From positions 1-41,616 of IMG/VR virus record IMGVR_UViG_3300031179_000057: a stretch of DNA of 41,616 nt; one strand, written 5' to 3'. This document shows, piece after piece, positions 26,679-36,907 of the stretch. Positions within the stretch are counted from its first letter, which is position 1, and each line of letters starts with the position of its first letter. The translations under genes were made by a program, and so were the position numbers. The DNA is from a virus (lineage: Duplodnaviria > Caudoviricetes). The notes under the pieces are model-generated. The model was not told the DNA's origin and did no database searches. It saw nothing but the letters and a program-made list of their open reading frames with translations.

Positions 26679-27848
26679 ATGGTGAAAGTGAATCGTCTGC
26701 AAGAAATCGAACAACGCAAAAAGGAAATCCGCAAGATTCTGGAAAGCGGTCAGGAATGCGATTTGGACGCGCTTGAAAAGGAACTGCGCGAACTGGACAA
26801 GGAGAAGGAACAAATCGAGCGCCGCAAAACGTTGCTGGAGGGCATTAAAACCGCCCAAGAAGTAGAGCAGCGGCAATTCCCCGGGGCTGAAAACCCGCTG
26901 AAAGAAGACCCGAAAAAGGAAGAGCGCAAAGCGCGTGAGGAACGCGGAAAAGCGCTCAAGGAAAGCCGTTCCGTGACGGTAGGGGCCTCCAATATCATTC
27001 TGCCGCGGCACGACGCGACCGACATCAAGCCGACGTTCAACGAAGTGTCGAGCTTGATCGACCGCGTGAACAGGATTTCGCTCCCGGGCGGCGAGACGTT
27101 CCGCCAACCGTACCTGATCGGTTACGGTGAAGGCGGATATACGGCTGAAGGTGCCGACTACACCGACGCCGAACCGACCTTCGGCTATGCCGTCATCAAC
27201 AAATCTAAAGTGACGGCGTATGCCGAAGACTCCGAAGAAGTGCTGAGACTCCCGGCTGCCGACTATGATTCTGTCGTCATGAATGGAATCACGGTCGCGC
27301 TGCGGAAGAAGATCACGAAAGAAATCCTTGTGGGCGACGGCTCCACGAACCATTTGGCCGGCATCTTTTCCGCGGCCGCCACGGCCATCGACCCGGCGAC
27401 GGACCTCGAAATTTCCGGCATCACGAAGGACACGCTGGACGAAATCATTTATTCGTTCGGCGGCGAGGAAGACGTGGAGGACGTCGCGGTGCTGATCCTC
27501 AACAAGAAGGACCTGCAGGCATTCGCAATGCTCCGCGATTCTCAAGACCGGAAAGTCTATGAGGTTGTGAACCGCGGCAATACCGGCACGATCAACGGCG
27601 TTCCGTTCATCATCAATAGCGCTTGCGCCGCTATCTCGGACCCGAACACGCCGGCTGGCGCTTTCTGCATGGCCTATGGCCCGCTGTCGAACTATACACT
27701 GGCGATCTTCTCCGACGTGGAAGTACAACGTTCCACGGACTATAAGTTCAAGCAAGGCATGATCGCGCACAAGGGCAGCGTGTTCGTCGGCGGCAACGTC
27801 ACCGCGAAAAACGGGTTCCTGCGCGTCAAGAAAGACGACGGCGTATAA
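26679..27848 (+). CDS. major capsid protein (HK97 fold, N-terminal coiled-coil delta domain)
   Basis: Coiled-coil N-terminus; EILVGDG; TINGVPFIIN; position after the protease. Confidence 0.95.
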   Translation: MVKVNRLQEIEQRKKEIRKILESGQECDLDALEKELRELDKEKEQIERRKTLLEGIKTAQEVEQRQFPGAENPLKEDPKKEERKAREERGKALKESRSVTVGASNIILPRHDATDIKPTFNEVSSLIDRVNRISLPGGETFRQPYLIGYGEGGYTAEGADYTDAEPTFGYAVINKSKVTAYAEDSEEVLRLPAADYDSVVMNGITVALRKKITKEILVGDGSTNHLAGIFSAAATAIDPATDLEISGITKDTLDEIIYSFGGEEDVEDVAVLILNKKDLQAFAMLRDSQDRKVYEVVNRGNTGTINGVPFIINSACAAISDPNTPAGAFCMAYGPLSNYTLAIFSDVEVQRSTDYKFKQGMIAHKGSVFVGGNVTAKNGFLRVKKDDGV

Positions 27849-27865
27849 CCGACGGGTGATTCCTG

Positions 27866-28063
27866 ATGCGTTATGAGGTGATCCGCGAATTCAAGGACAA
27901 ATACCGGAAAGTCCGGTATTATCCCGGTGACGTTTACGAACACGACGACCCGGACCGGATCAACTTTCTGCGTGAAAATGGGTATCTGGGGGAGGAAATC
28001 GAGCCTCCCCCGGAATCCACAAGAAAAACGCGGAAGGTGAAGACCGATGGCGCTGTTGGATGA
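27866..28063 (+). CDS. small head-associated protein
   Basis: YEVIREFKDK..YYPGDVY..RINFL..GYL pattern. Confidence 0.7.
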   Translation: MRYEVIREFKDKYRKVRYYPGDVYEHDDPDRINFLRENGYLGEEIEPPPESTRKTRKVKTDGAVG

Positions 28064-28343
28064 TGTGAAGCTGGCGCTGCGCATTACCAGCAGCGCCTTT
28101 GATTCTGAAATTGACGATTTGATCGCTGCGGCCCGCGCTGACCTCAAACTATCGGGAGTGGACCCCGCGAAAGCTGATGCCGACGACCCCGATGCGCTGA
28201 TAAAGAGGGCCGTTATCACCTATTGCAAAGCGAACTTCGGGCTTGACAATCCCGATGCGGAACGACTGCAACGCGCTTACGACATGATCAAAGCGCACCT
28301 TACGCTTTCGACCGAGTACACGCCGGCTGGTGAAACGCCATGA
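28047..28343 (+). CDS. head-tail connector (gp6-like)
   Basis: LLDDVKLALRI..DSEIDDLIAAA..AVITYCKANFG. Confidence 0.9.
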   Translation: MALLDDVKLALRITSSAFDSEIDDLIAAARADLKLSGVDPAKADADDPDALIKRAVITYCKANFGLDNPDAERLQRAYDMIKAHLTLSTEYTPAGETP

Positions 28344-28636
28344 TGTGGCGTGATACCGTGAAACTCCTGAAAATCGTCATGGACTATAACGAATATAACG
28401 AGCCGATCGAAACCTACGTTGAACGAGAGGTATTCGCAAACAAAAAGTCCGTGCGTCAAAGTGAGTTTTATCAAGCGCTAGCCGCTGGCATGAAAGCTGA
28501 AATCATGTTCGAGGTGCGTATGGTCGATTATGATGGCGAGCTTCGCCTGAAATACGGTGACAAGGTATATGATGTCACCCGCACCTATGAGCGCAACGGG
28601 GAAATCGTTGAGCTGGTTTGCGCGGCAATGGAGTGA
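28340..28636 (+). CDS. head closure protein
   Basis: REVFANKKSVRQSEFYQA. Confidence 0.88.
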   Translation: MMWRDTVKLLKIVMDYNEYNEPIETYVEREVFANKKSVRQSEFYQALAAGMKAEIMFEVRMVDYDGELRLKYGDKVYDVTRTYERNGEIVELVCAAME

Positions 28637-28642
28637 GTGGCG

Positions 28643-29095
28643 ATGGCTCGAAAAAGTGAAATCATCGGCATGAAGGAACTCGAATGCGCGTTCCGAGAAC
28701 TCGGCAAAGTCCCGCAAACGGCGGCAACGAAGTCGGCGCGTGCCGGTGGTCAGATTGTGTTGAAAGCGGCACGTGCAAATGCTCCGGTTGATACGGGGGA
28801 ATTGCGAGACGGCATCATCCTGAAGCGAGAGAAAACCCGTGTTCGCGGCAAGGCGGTCTATGACGTGATGATGGACCCGGCCAAGAACGACATCTTTGTT
28901 AAGACGACCAAAGATGGCAAGCGGTACTATTACCCGGCGTCGCAGGAATACGGCTTTCTCACTCGTGACGGCGGATATGTTCCGGGCTATCGCTTCCTGC
29001 GTCGAGCGATCGACGAGAACGCGAATCAGATTGAAAGGCGTGTTCTTGAGGTGGCCGGCAAAGAAGTGGACAAAGCCTTGCGGAAGGGAAGGTGA
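28643..29095 (+). CDS. HK97 gp10-family tail-completion protein
   Basis: APVDTGELRDGI..SQEYG..FLRRA. Confidence 0.9.
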   Translation: MARKSEIIGMKELECAFRELGKVPQTAATKSARAGGQIVLKAARANAPVDTGELRDGIILKREKTRVRGKAVYDVMMDPAKNDIFVKTTKDGKRYYYPASQEYGFLTRDGGYVPGYRFLRRAIDENANQIERRVLEVAGKEVDKALRKGR

Positions 29096-29496
29096 TGCGG
29101 GTGGATTTTGAACCGGCACTTGTGCAAGAGTTGAAATCCATTGCGGCGCTGGAAAATCGTATATACCCGCTCACCGCGCCGGAAGCAACCGCTTCTGGTG
29201 GTGTCCCGTACCTGATTTACGCCAGCAGCGAGGGTTTGCGCGATAAGACGCTTGGCGGGCATCTCAACAGCAAAGAGGTTCAGGCAGAACTCAACATCAT
29301 AGCCAAAAAGTACAGCGATATGAAGGCGATCACGAAACAGGTGATCGCCCTTCTTATTGGCTTCGAAGGGCGGAAAATCGGTACAGGCGGGCCGTTCATC
29401 GAGGAAATCACATTTCAACATCCGGTTGAGATGTACGAAAGCGAACCGGCGCTTTACCGGTGCGTGGTGGAATTTTCAGCTTATTTTGAGGGGTGA
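29092..29496 (+). CDS. tail terminator (DUF3168-like)
   Basis: RIYPLTAPE..PYLIY; gene position. Confidence 0.75.
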   Translation: MMRVDFEPALVQELKSIAALENRIYPLTAPEATASGGVPYLIYASSEGLRDKTLGGHLNSKEVQAELNIIAKKYSDMKAITKQVIALLIGFEGRKIGTGGPFIEEITFQHPVEMYESEPALYRCVVEFSAYFEG

Positions 29497-29501
29497 TCGA
29501 A

Positions 29502-30209
29502 TTGGCAAGACGTTCTGTTGGTACGAAACTCATGATCGGTCTGAATGCCGTTGCGGGCCTCACGTCGATCGGTGCGCCGCCGAAGACGGCAGATACGCTG
29601 GATACGACGACACTTGATTCGGACGGCGGATACCGCACGTTTACTGGGGGTTTCAAAGACGGGGGCGAAGTGACCATTTCTGGTTATTTCGAACCCGGCG
29701 ACGCCGGACAACTTGCCCTTGATGCGGCATTTGAGTCCGGGGAGGAAACCGACTTCCAGATCATTTTCCCGGCTGAGTTTGGCGCGTCATGGCAATTCCG
29801 CGGCGTAGTGACCGGGTTTACGGGTGGCAATGCCGAACTTGAAGAATTGCTCACGTTTGAGGCGACGATCAAAGTCAGCGGAAAACCCGTTCTGGTTACG
29901 CAACCCAGCGCAGGTCTGTCTGCGCTGTCGGTATCCGGCACCGGTGGTGTGCTGTCGCCCGCCTTTGATCCGGCAACGTATTTCTATACGTTCGACGGCG
30001 TTACCGATCCTTCTGTCACCGTGACGGCCACGGCGGCCAACCACACGCTGAAACTGTATGTGGATGGCGACTTCCAAGAAAACTTGGTCAGCGGTCAGCC
30101 GTCTGGCGCGATTCTGTTCGATGCAGCAAATAGCCGCAAGCTTACGATCGTCGCTAACGAGGAAGGAAAGGCGCCGGTAACGTACGAAGTCATCGTCGTT
30201 CATGCTTAA
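29502..30209 (+). CDS. major tail tube protein with C-terminal beta-sandwich domain
   Basis: DTTTLDSDGGYRTFTGGFKDGGEV..ATIKVSGKP; LSALSVS..LSPAFDP. Confidence 0.9.
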   Translation: MARRSVGTKLMIGLNAVAGLTSIGAPPKTADTLDTTTLDSDGGYRTFTGGFKDGGEVTISGYFEPGDAGQLALDAAFESGEETDFQIIFPAEFGASWQFRGVVTGFTGGNAELEELLTFEATIKVSGKPVLVTQPSAGLSALSVSGTGGVLSPAFDPATYFYTFDGVTDPSVTVTATAANHTLKLYVDGDFQENLVSGQPSGAILFDAANSRKLTIVANEEGKAPVTYEVIVVHA

Positions 30210-30215
30210 TGAAAC

Positions 30216-30248
30216 GGCCCGGGGCTTCGGCTCCGGGCCAATTTATAA
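30216..30248 (+). terminator. hairpin with UUCG loop after the tail tube gene
   Basis: GGCCCGGGGC-TTCG-GCTCCGGGCC then AATTTT. Confidence 0.7.
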
Positions 30249-30263
30249 GGAGGATAAGTCTTT

Positions 30264-30620
30264 ATGAGCGATATCGTTATCATCCAACTGGATAAACCCC
30301 GTGAACTCCGTTACGGACACAAGGCATTGAAAAAGCTCGTTGCGCTGACCGGAAAATCCCTCGAGGATATCGAGCGCGACGGTTTTGCTGATTTCGACAT
30401 CATCGAGAAGATGGTTTATTGCGGGTTGAACGATGATTCGATCCAGCTTTCGGATATGGAGCAACTGCTTGACCAGGCACCGAATTACAAGCACATCATC
30501 GACGCGGTGCAGACTGCGTTTTTGGCAGCATTTGGCGTGAAACCCGGTGATGCTGAGGGAAACCAGTCTCAACCGGCTCGGGAGCCGGAAAAAGCCGCTT
30601 CGACTGGAACGAAAGCCTGA
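30264..30620 (+). CDS. tail assembly chaperone (gpG-like)
   Basis: IQLDKPRELRYGHKAL; lies between tube and tape measure genes. Confidence 0.85.
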   Translation: MSDIVIIQLDKPRELRYGHKALKKLVALTGKSLEDIERDGFADFDIIEKMVYCGLNDDSIQLSDMEQLLDQAPNYKHIIDAVQTAFLAAFGVKPGDAEGNQSQPAREPEKAASTGTKA

Positions 30621-30922
30621 AAGTCGCGTTCGCATGCGGTGTCAGCCTTCACGAGTACAACGAAATGACGCCGCACGAGCTGATGTTGAGGGTCGAAGCG
30701 TACAACGAGAGCATGGCAATCCAATATCGGCAGATGCTTACACAAGCATATCTTACGGCCTACTGGCAGCGCGTGAAGCGCATGCCGCCGCTGAAAAAGG
30801 TGCTGGATGAAATAAAAGTGCGCCGTCAGAAGCAACAGACGCCGGAAGAGATGTTTGCGATAGTGAAAAGTCTGAACAAACAGTTGTCGAGGGAGGGGAA
30901 ACGAGATGGCGGTCGTACGTAA
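30557..30922 (+). CDS. -1 frameshift extension of the tail chaperone (gpGT-like)
   Basis: G GGA AAC slippery site 30557-30563; -1 frame is open into FDWNESLKVA..MTPHEL. Confidence 0.8.
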   Translation, partial: GKPVSTGSGAGKSRFDWNESLKVAFACGVSLHEYNEMTPHELMLRVEAYNESMAIQYRQMLTQAYLTAYWQRVKRMPPLKKVLDEIKVRRQKQQTPEEMFAIVKSLNKQLSREGKRDGGRT

Positions 30923-33509
30923 CCTGTTAATTCGCGTGGGGGCCGACTATTCTGCAGCGCGACAAGCGCTGCAAGGCGCCACGCGTGAAGTTGCTCGCTT
31001 CAAACGAGACACACAAAAGAATTTGGACGAAATCAGCGGCCGCCGCGGCTTGGGCCAACTCAATACCCAATTCCGTGAACTCAGCCGATCTGTTTCTTCC
31101 TCTCTCTCCCAAATACGTGGCGCAAGAGGCATCGGCGGCGTCGTGACAGCGTTGGGCGGGTTAACTCCCGCTCTTTCCGGCGCTGCTGCCAGTCTTCGTG
31201 GGCTTGGTGCTGCGGCCGGTGGCGCTGCGGCCGCTCTTGGTCCGCTTGGAATTGGGCTTGGAGTTGTTGCCGCTGCTGCCGCTGCTGCAATCGCGGCGAT
31301 TGCAAAAGCCAGCCAACCGGCGGTGCAGTTTGAAGCGGATTTGATGCGCCTGAACATGCAACTTCGCGGTAGTTCCTATGAATTCATGCAGTGGGCGCGG
31401 TCGCAAGGTCTTGCCGCATCAACGGCAGCAAATATGGGGGCGACATACGGTACACTCCTTTCATCGTTTATATCCGATACGCGCGAAATCGGACGGCAAA
31501 CGCAAGACCTTGTTCATGCCACACGCGTTGTAGCATCAGCGACGGGCCGGACAATCGAGGACGTACAAGAGCGCATCAGGTCCGGTTTGCTCGGAAACAC
31601 CGAGGCTATCGAAGACCTCGGTATTTTTGTCAACGTCGCCATGATCGAAAGCACAGAGGCGTTCCGGCGCTTTGCTAACGGGAAGCATTGGAATCAGCTT
31701 GACTTCCGAGTGCAGCAACAAATCCGCCTAGCCGCGATCCTTGAGCAAGCCTATGCGCGCTACGGAAACGAACTGCAACAAAACGTAATGACGAAACAAA
31801 CGCTGCTGACGGAGCAGCTTAAACAAATAAAACTCAACTTGTCACAAGCGTTCCTTCCGATTTGGGACGCTGTTCTCCCGGCGCTGATCCGTCTGGCCGA
31901 AGCGCTTGCGGTTGTGACTGAGGAATTGGCGCGGTTTATCTATTGGCTTCGCGGGTGGGACTATGACGAGCGCACGCGAGGGACGCAGCAGTACACCGAC
32001 GCCGTCATTGACCAAGGACGGGCGTATGATGATCTTGCTACGTCTGCCCGGAAGGCGCGGGGTGAACTCGCCGCATTTGACCGGCTGAATCTCATCGGAT
32101 TCGGTTCTGGTGTCGGCGGTGGTACTGGCGGCGGTGGCGCTGGTGGCGGATCGCAGGGTGGATTCACGCCCGGTGGCGGTGGACGAGGAAGGATCGATTT
32201 ACCCGAATTCCCGCCGGAACTGACCAGACGCTGGCGCATTGAATTCGACCCGCCGCATCCTCCTGATGCTGGGCTTGGCGCTGTGGCGACGGCCGTCGTC
32301 AATACGATTAACGGAATGATTGCTGAGACAAAGGCTCGTATGGCGCAATGGTGGGCGGACTTGCAGGCGCAGACAGCGACAGGATTGGCGAACGTAATCA
32401 TTCGTTGGAACCAGCTTGCGACGAACCTAAATGAAGTCCTCGTTCCGAGCATGGCCGCCGGTGTCAATTTGAGCTGGGCCAACATGATGAACGATCTGCA
32501 GGTTCAAACCCAAGCGGGAACTGCAGCAATGAATCAACAGTGGTCTCAAATGTGGCAAGAAACGCTCGCCCAATCACAATCGAATTCAATGGTTTTGCAG
32601 GAGAACTGGCGAACGACGCTTGCGAACATGCTAGTCAGTTTGGTAACGTTTCGTCCGACTGTTGCTTCGGAATGGGCAGCAGTTAGTAATTCCGTGGCCA
32701 GCGTCAGGGTCCCACTATCTCAAACTAATACTGCGTGGAACAATTCATTGACGGACATGCAAACCCAGTTGCAAACTAAACGGACGGCTTGGGATAAGGT
32801 ATGGGATGCCGTTAAAGTTTCTCTGCTTTTGGTAAAGTTACAAATACAAGATGTCAGAAACTCTTGGCAATCCAGTTTGGAAAGCATGCGCAAGACGGCG
32901 AATGAAAAACTGAGTCCGATCATAGCGAAGATCGATGAGGCTATCGCGGCATGGAATAGGTTCAGTGCCGCTTTTGGGATGACAGGGCCCGCTAGAAAAG
33001 AAAACCCATTGCTTGATACTGAACAGTGGAAAAGGACGTTCCAAACGATTTTCAGTGGGGAAACCGCACGAAACATCGGAGACTTGCTGGAACGTGAAGC
33101 CAACAAACCGGAGAACCGGGCCGGCCTTTCCATCATCGGCGGACTGGCCGGGGCTGGCGGTGCTGCTCGTGGGGCAGCATGGCTAGACGACCTGCTGAAG
33201 CAACTCAAAAATATCCGCATCCCGGTCCCGCAGTTTGCGTCCGGCGGTATCGTTCGTGGGCCGACGCTGGCGATGATCGGCGAATATGCCGGCGCGAGCG
33301 CGAACCCAGAAGTTATCGCGCCGCTTTCGGAATTGCAAGAGATGGTCGGTGACAACGACGAGGAAATCATCTGGTTGCAACGCATCGTTCAGGCGATCCG
33401 CGAAACAGCCAATCGCCCGGTGACAATCAGCCGAAATGATATAGGTCGCGCTTCTGTGGATTATATGAACGATGAGATTCGTCGCGGTCGGAATCCGCTT
33501 CATCTGTGA
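30906..33509 (+). CDS. tape measure protein
   Basis: 867 aa, Ala/Gly-rich, periodic Trp; C-terminal FASGGIVRGPTLAMIGE..PEVIAPL. Confidence 0.92.
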   Translation: MAVVRNLLIRVGADYSAARQALQGATREVARFKRDTQKNLDEISGRRGLGQLNTQFRELSRSVSSSLSQIRGARGIGGVVTALGGLTPALSGAAASLRGLGAAAGGAAAALGPLGIGLGVVAAAAAAAIAAIAKASQPAVQFEADLMRLNMQLRGSSYEFMQWARSQGLAASTAANMGATYGTLLSSFISDTREIGRQTQDLVHATRVVASATGRTIEDVQERIRSGLLGNTEAIEDLGIFVNVAMIESTEAFRRFANGKHWNQLDFRVQQQIRLAAILEQAYARYGNELQQNVMTKQTLLTEQLKQIKLNLSQAFLPIWDAVLPALIRLAEALAVVTEELARFIYWLRGWDYDERTRGTQQYTDAVIDQGRAYDDLATSARKARGELAAFDRLNLIGFGSGVGGGTGGGGAGGGSQGGFTPGGGGRGRIDLPEFPPELTRRWRIEFDPPHPPDAGLGAVATAVVNTINGMIAETKARMAQWWADLQAQTATGLANVIIRWNQLATNLNEVLVPSMAAGVNLSWANMMNDLQVQTQAGTAAMNQQWSQMWQETLAQSQSNSMVLQENWRTTLANMLVSLVTFRPTVASEWAAVSNSVASVRVPLSQTNTAWNNSLTDMQTQLQTKRTAWDKVWDAVKVSLLLVKLQIQDVRNSWQSSLESMRKTANEKLSPIIAKIDEAIAAWNRFSAAFGMTGPARKENPLLDTEQWKRTFQTIFSGETARNIGDLLEREANKPENRAGLSIIGGLAGAGGAARGAAWLDDLLKQLKNIRIPVPQFASGGIVRGPTLAMIGEYAGASANPEVIAPLSELQEMVGDNDEEIIWLQRIVQAIRETANRPVTISRNDIGRASVDYMNDEIRRGRNPLHL

Positions 33510-33523
33510 GGGGGTGTCGTCTG

Positions 33524-33883
33524 GTGTATCTCGCTATCAATGGGGTTGAGTTGCCGATTTACCCGGCAGAATTTCAAGTAACCGTCATGGACTTGGACAA
33601 CGCCGAAACCACCACGCGCACCGCTGACGGCACCCTTTCACGCGACCGAATCGCGGTAAAAAGGCAAATTCAGATGTCGTGGAACGCGCTGCGGTGGGAA
33701 GACATTTCCGCCATTCTTCAAATGATGGAAGCGCCGTTTTTCGAGTTTACTTACCCGGACAGCATGAGCGGAAAGATTGAGACGCGGGTGTTCTATGTCG
33801 GCAACCGGGAAGCGCCGATTGCGTTCACGCGGAACGGTGTGACATGGTGGAAAAGTCTCCAACTAACCCTAACAGAACGTTAA
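33524..33883 (+). CDS. distal tail-type protein (DUF6711-like)
   Basis: DLDNAETTTRTADGTLSRDRIAVKRQI..FYVGNR; follows the tape measure gene. Confidence 0.8.
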   Translation: MYLAINGVELPIYPAEFQVTVMDLDNAETTTRTADGTLSRDRIAVKRQIQMSWNALRWEDISAILQMMEAPFFEFTYPDSMSGKIETRVFYVGNREAPIAFTRNGVTWWKSLQLTLTER

Positions 33884-33894
33884 GGAGGATCAAC

Positions 33895-34653
33895 ATGTCG
33901 ATCGTAACAATCGGTGATTTCAAAAACTACCTGCAAACCGTTGCCAATGCTGTATCGAGCGGCAAAATGAATGTAAATGACGCCGAAGTCAAATCGGTTC
34001 TGCAAACCATCGCTGCGGCTGTGGGGGAAGTGTCCGCCACACCAACGGCCAATACTCTGGCCGATCGGCTCAAGGCCGTTGTCGATCGCCTTGGCGAAGT
34101 ATCGGCCAACCCAACAGCCAACACGGCTCTGGCGCGACTTAAGGCGTTGGAGGGCTACCTTTACGGCGTGGAGGCAGCGCTTGGTGCGCAGGCAGACGCA
34201 GAGGCGACTGGAAACGGATCTCTTATTGCCATTGTAAAGCGGCTGCGGACGATCCTCACCGATGTGTGGAACGATGCTGCTAACGCCCTGAATGTTCAAC
34301 TAACGGGGAGTAATGTTGAACCAGCTGTGGATTTTACATTGTCGCGTGATGTCGTTGTTACTGCAGGGAGCAGTGCAACTGTATATTCAAACGTCGATTT
34401 ATCTAAGTACACGCACATATCAGGCATCTTTATTATGCATAGCATCCTATGGCCACATAAGATACGTGTGCATTGGCGCAATTCAAGAGATTCAACCGCC
34501 GTTGTTCAGGAGCTGACCGAAATTGGGGATGCACATAAAGTGTTCGCACCCGTCTCGGTTATCACACAGAGGGCAAATATCTCAGTTAAAAACGAGGACA
34601 CTGTTGATCGTAGAATCGCTACTCTTGATGTGTATGGACATGTAAGGGGGTAG
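33895..34653 (+). CDS. putative tail fibre/structural protein with internal repeat
   Basis: AAGGAGG RBS; GEVSA(T/N)PTANT..RLKA twice; AT-richer beta-rich C-terminus. Confidence 0.65.
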   Translation: MSIVTIGDFKNYLQTVANAVSSGKMNVNDAEVKSVLQTIAAAVGEVSATPTANTLADRLKAVVDRLGEVSANPTANTALARLKALEGYLYGVEAALGAQADAEATGNGSLIAIVKRLRTILTDVWNDAANALNVQLTGSNVEPAVDFTLSRDVVVTAGSSATVYSNVDLSKYTHISGIFIMHSILWPHKIRVHWRNSRDSTAVVQELTEIGDAHKVFAPVSVITQRANISVKNEDTVDRRIATLDVYGHVRG

Positions 34654-34657
34654 TGAC

Positions 34658-34882
34658 ATGAACTTTTATGAGATTCTTGATGAAGTCGCTCCGGGTGAAG
34701 CCTATAACCCTTTCGCAGCCCGGACAGAAGATGGACAGTGGCTTTCAGGGACGATAAGCATCGACTTTTTAAATGCGAATTTCAGTCAATATACAACCGC
34801 GCAAGAAATGATCGATGCAACCGCAAGCGAAGGGTTGAAACTGTACTTCGCATGGTTGCGGGATCAAGAGATATTAAACTAA
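34658..34882 (+). CDS. hypothetical protein
   Basis: AAGGGGG RBS; 74 aa, acidic. Confidence 0.65.
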   Translation: MNFYEILDEVAPGEAYNPFAARTEDGQWLSGTISIDFLNANFSQYTTAQEMIDATASEGLKLYFAWLRDQEILN

Positions 34883-34921
34883 CGAAGTTCGATAGTTTAA
34901 CAGCGGCCGGGAGGTGATACA

Positions 34922-36850
34922 TTGGCACTCGTTCACTTTTGGAACGAACAGGTGGGGAGAGACGAAAACTACCAACTGGACGCGACAAAATCGTACAACG
35001 AAAACGATGACGCGGTACTTCTTTTCACTGACTTTTTCGGTACGCCTTCTGGCATGATCGACCCCGCAGTTTATTATCTTTCTCGCTATCCTTTCCGTAA
35101 CTGGCACATCAAGGCGGATATTAACGGCGTGGAATATGGCCGGGACAAAATCATCGACTTTGAGATCGAGGAGAGCCTGGTCAGCGGAGATGAATTCGAA
35201 ATCGGGACCGCGATCGTGTCCAAGTTGGTGATTCGTCTTCGCACCAACGCCGAGATCCCGACCAACGCCAAAGTCGTGCCGTATGTTGCTCTCTCGGCCG
35301 ATGGCATTACAGATATATCCGGGATCGATGACTATCTGCACGATGGAATGACGGACTGGGTGCCGTTGGGCGAATTCTATGTTGATACCCGCGAGAAGAT
35401 CAACAATACGTGGGAATATACATGCTATGACAAGCTGATGTTCGCCAATACGCCATATGTGTCGTCGCTGACATATCCGGCCACCATGCGGGCAGTGTGG
35501 GACGAGATATGCACCCAGCTTGGCTACACATATGACTCCAGCGTCATCATCGATCTGTCGTACATGGTTCCCGCCGCTCCGACCGGTTACACATGCCGTC
35601 AGGTGATGGGCTTTATCGCCGCAGCAAACGCCGCTTCCGTCTATGCGGGGCGAGATGGCGTGATTCGGTTCAAGCGGTTTTCGGCGACTGAATCACCGGT
35701 ATTCGAGATGACGCCATCCGATTATATCCGAGCACGCCTCACCAACCCGGTTAAGTCGTATTCCCGCGTCGTGGTGGTTTACGATCCGGACGACGACCTT
35801 GCCTATGAGGCGGGAACAGGCGACGAAGACCATACGCTGTATGTGGATTGCCCATTCGCCACCCAAGCAATCGCGGACAACCTTCTCGCTGCGCTGAACG
35901 GGTTTGCATACGCCCCGTTGGAGATGGACATACGCGGATACCCGCAACTTGAGCCGGGCGACGTGATCCAGTTCGAGCGCGACGAATCAATGACGTGGAT
36001 CGACGCGGACATCCTTTGGGAGGATGCGGACTTCCCTTGGGACGGCATCCGCAAGTACCAGACGATCATTTTGCATCAGCGCATGTCATTCCGCGGCGGT
36101 CTGGCGATGACGTTGGAAGCCCCGTCGAAATCGGAGCAACAGTCAGAATTCCCGGTTCAAGGCACGCTTACCGACGCGATGAACAGGCTGAACAGGAACG
36201 CCGTGAAACAAGGCAAAACTTACTACGGTGTGTCCATTTCGCCCGATTACGGCCTGAAAGTCGGCCGTAGCGACGGACTTGCCGAAGTCGTCCTTAATGC
36301 CGATGAATTCCGCTTCCGCGCAGACGGAGAAGATGCGCTGTGGTTTGACGTACCGAACAGACGGTGGAAGTTTACCGGCACACTTGAGGGCGCAGACGGG
36401 GTGTTCAGCGGCACAATTCAGGCCGGGACGATTATCGGCGGCGTCATCAACGGGGCGCAAATCAATGGCGGCGAGATCAACGGCGTCGTCATCAACGGTG
36501 GCGAAATTTATGGTGCGTATATTGCTACTGGCCCAACCCTCCCGCGTGTGGAAATGTCGGCATCCGCCAATCGAATCAGAGCGTCGCTTGGAACTAATAA
36601 CTATACTGAAATTGTCCCCGTCTCTGAATCGAATGCTCCGGCTCTACGGTCCTATAACGGGTCCGTTACCGGCGCCGCGTTCGTTTCAGGAAACCAGTAT
36701 TTTATCTTTTCTTCAAACCATATCAACCTGTTCGCGAACGGATATGTTTACGTTCCGTCGTGGGCGGCGCTCTTGAATAGCATAACTGGGCGAACGCTGC
36801 AACAAGACTTGGACGCGTTAAGTGCGAGGATAGCAGCGCTAGGTGGATAA
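34922..36850 (+). CDS. baseplate hub/central tail protein
   Basis: WVPLGEFYVD..TCYDKL..RGYPQLEPGD..GGEING repeats. Confidence 0.85.
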   Translation: MALVHFWNEQVGRDENYQLDATKSYNENDDAVLLFTDFFGTPSGMIDPAVYYLSRYPFRNWHIKADINGVEYGRDKIIDFEIEESLVSGDEFEIGTAIVSKLVIRLRTNAEIPTNAKVVPYVALSADGITDISGIDDYLHDGMTDWVPLGEFYVDTREKINNTWEYTCYDKLMFANTPYVSSLTYPATMRAVWDEICTQLGYTYDSSVIIDLSYMVPAAPTGYTCRQVMGFIAAANAASVYAGRDGVIRFKRFSATESPVFEMTPSDYIRARLTNPVKSYSRVVVVYDPDDDLAYEAGTGDEDHTLYVDCPFATQAIADNLLAALNGFAYAPLEMDIRGYPQLEPGDVIQFERDESMTWIDADILWEDADFPWDGIRKYQTIILHQRMSFRGGLAMTLEAPSKSEQQSEFPVQGTLTDAMNRLNRNAVKQGKTYYGVSISPDYGLKVGRSDGLAEVVLNADEFRFRADGEDALWFDVPNRRWKFTGTLEGADGVFSGTIQAGTIIGGVINGAQINGGEINGVVINGGEIYGAYIATGPTLPRVEMSASANRIRASLGTNNYTEIVPVSESNAPALRSYNGSVTGAAFVSGNQYFIFSSNHINLFANGYVYVPSWAALLNSITGRTLQQDLDALSARIAALGG

Positions 36851-36907
36851 GTCACCCTTTCATGTGGTATATTGGAGAAAAATGACACATGGAAGGGGAA
36901 CGGAAAG

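Noticed and set aside
32100-32190. GGC/GGT-rich repeat in the tape measure gene
   Set aside because: Simply encodes a Gly-rich linker
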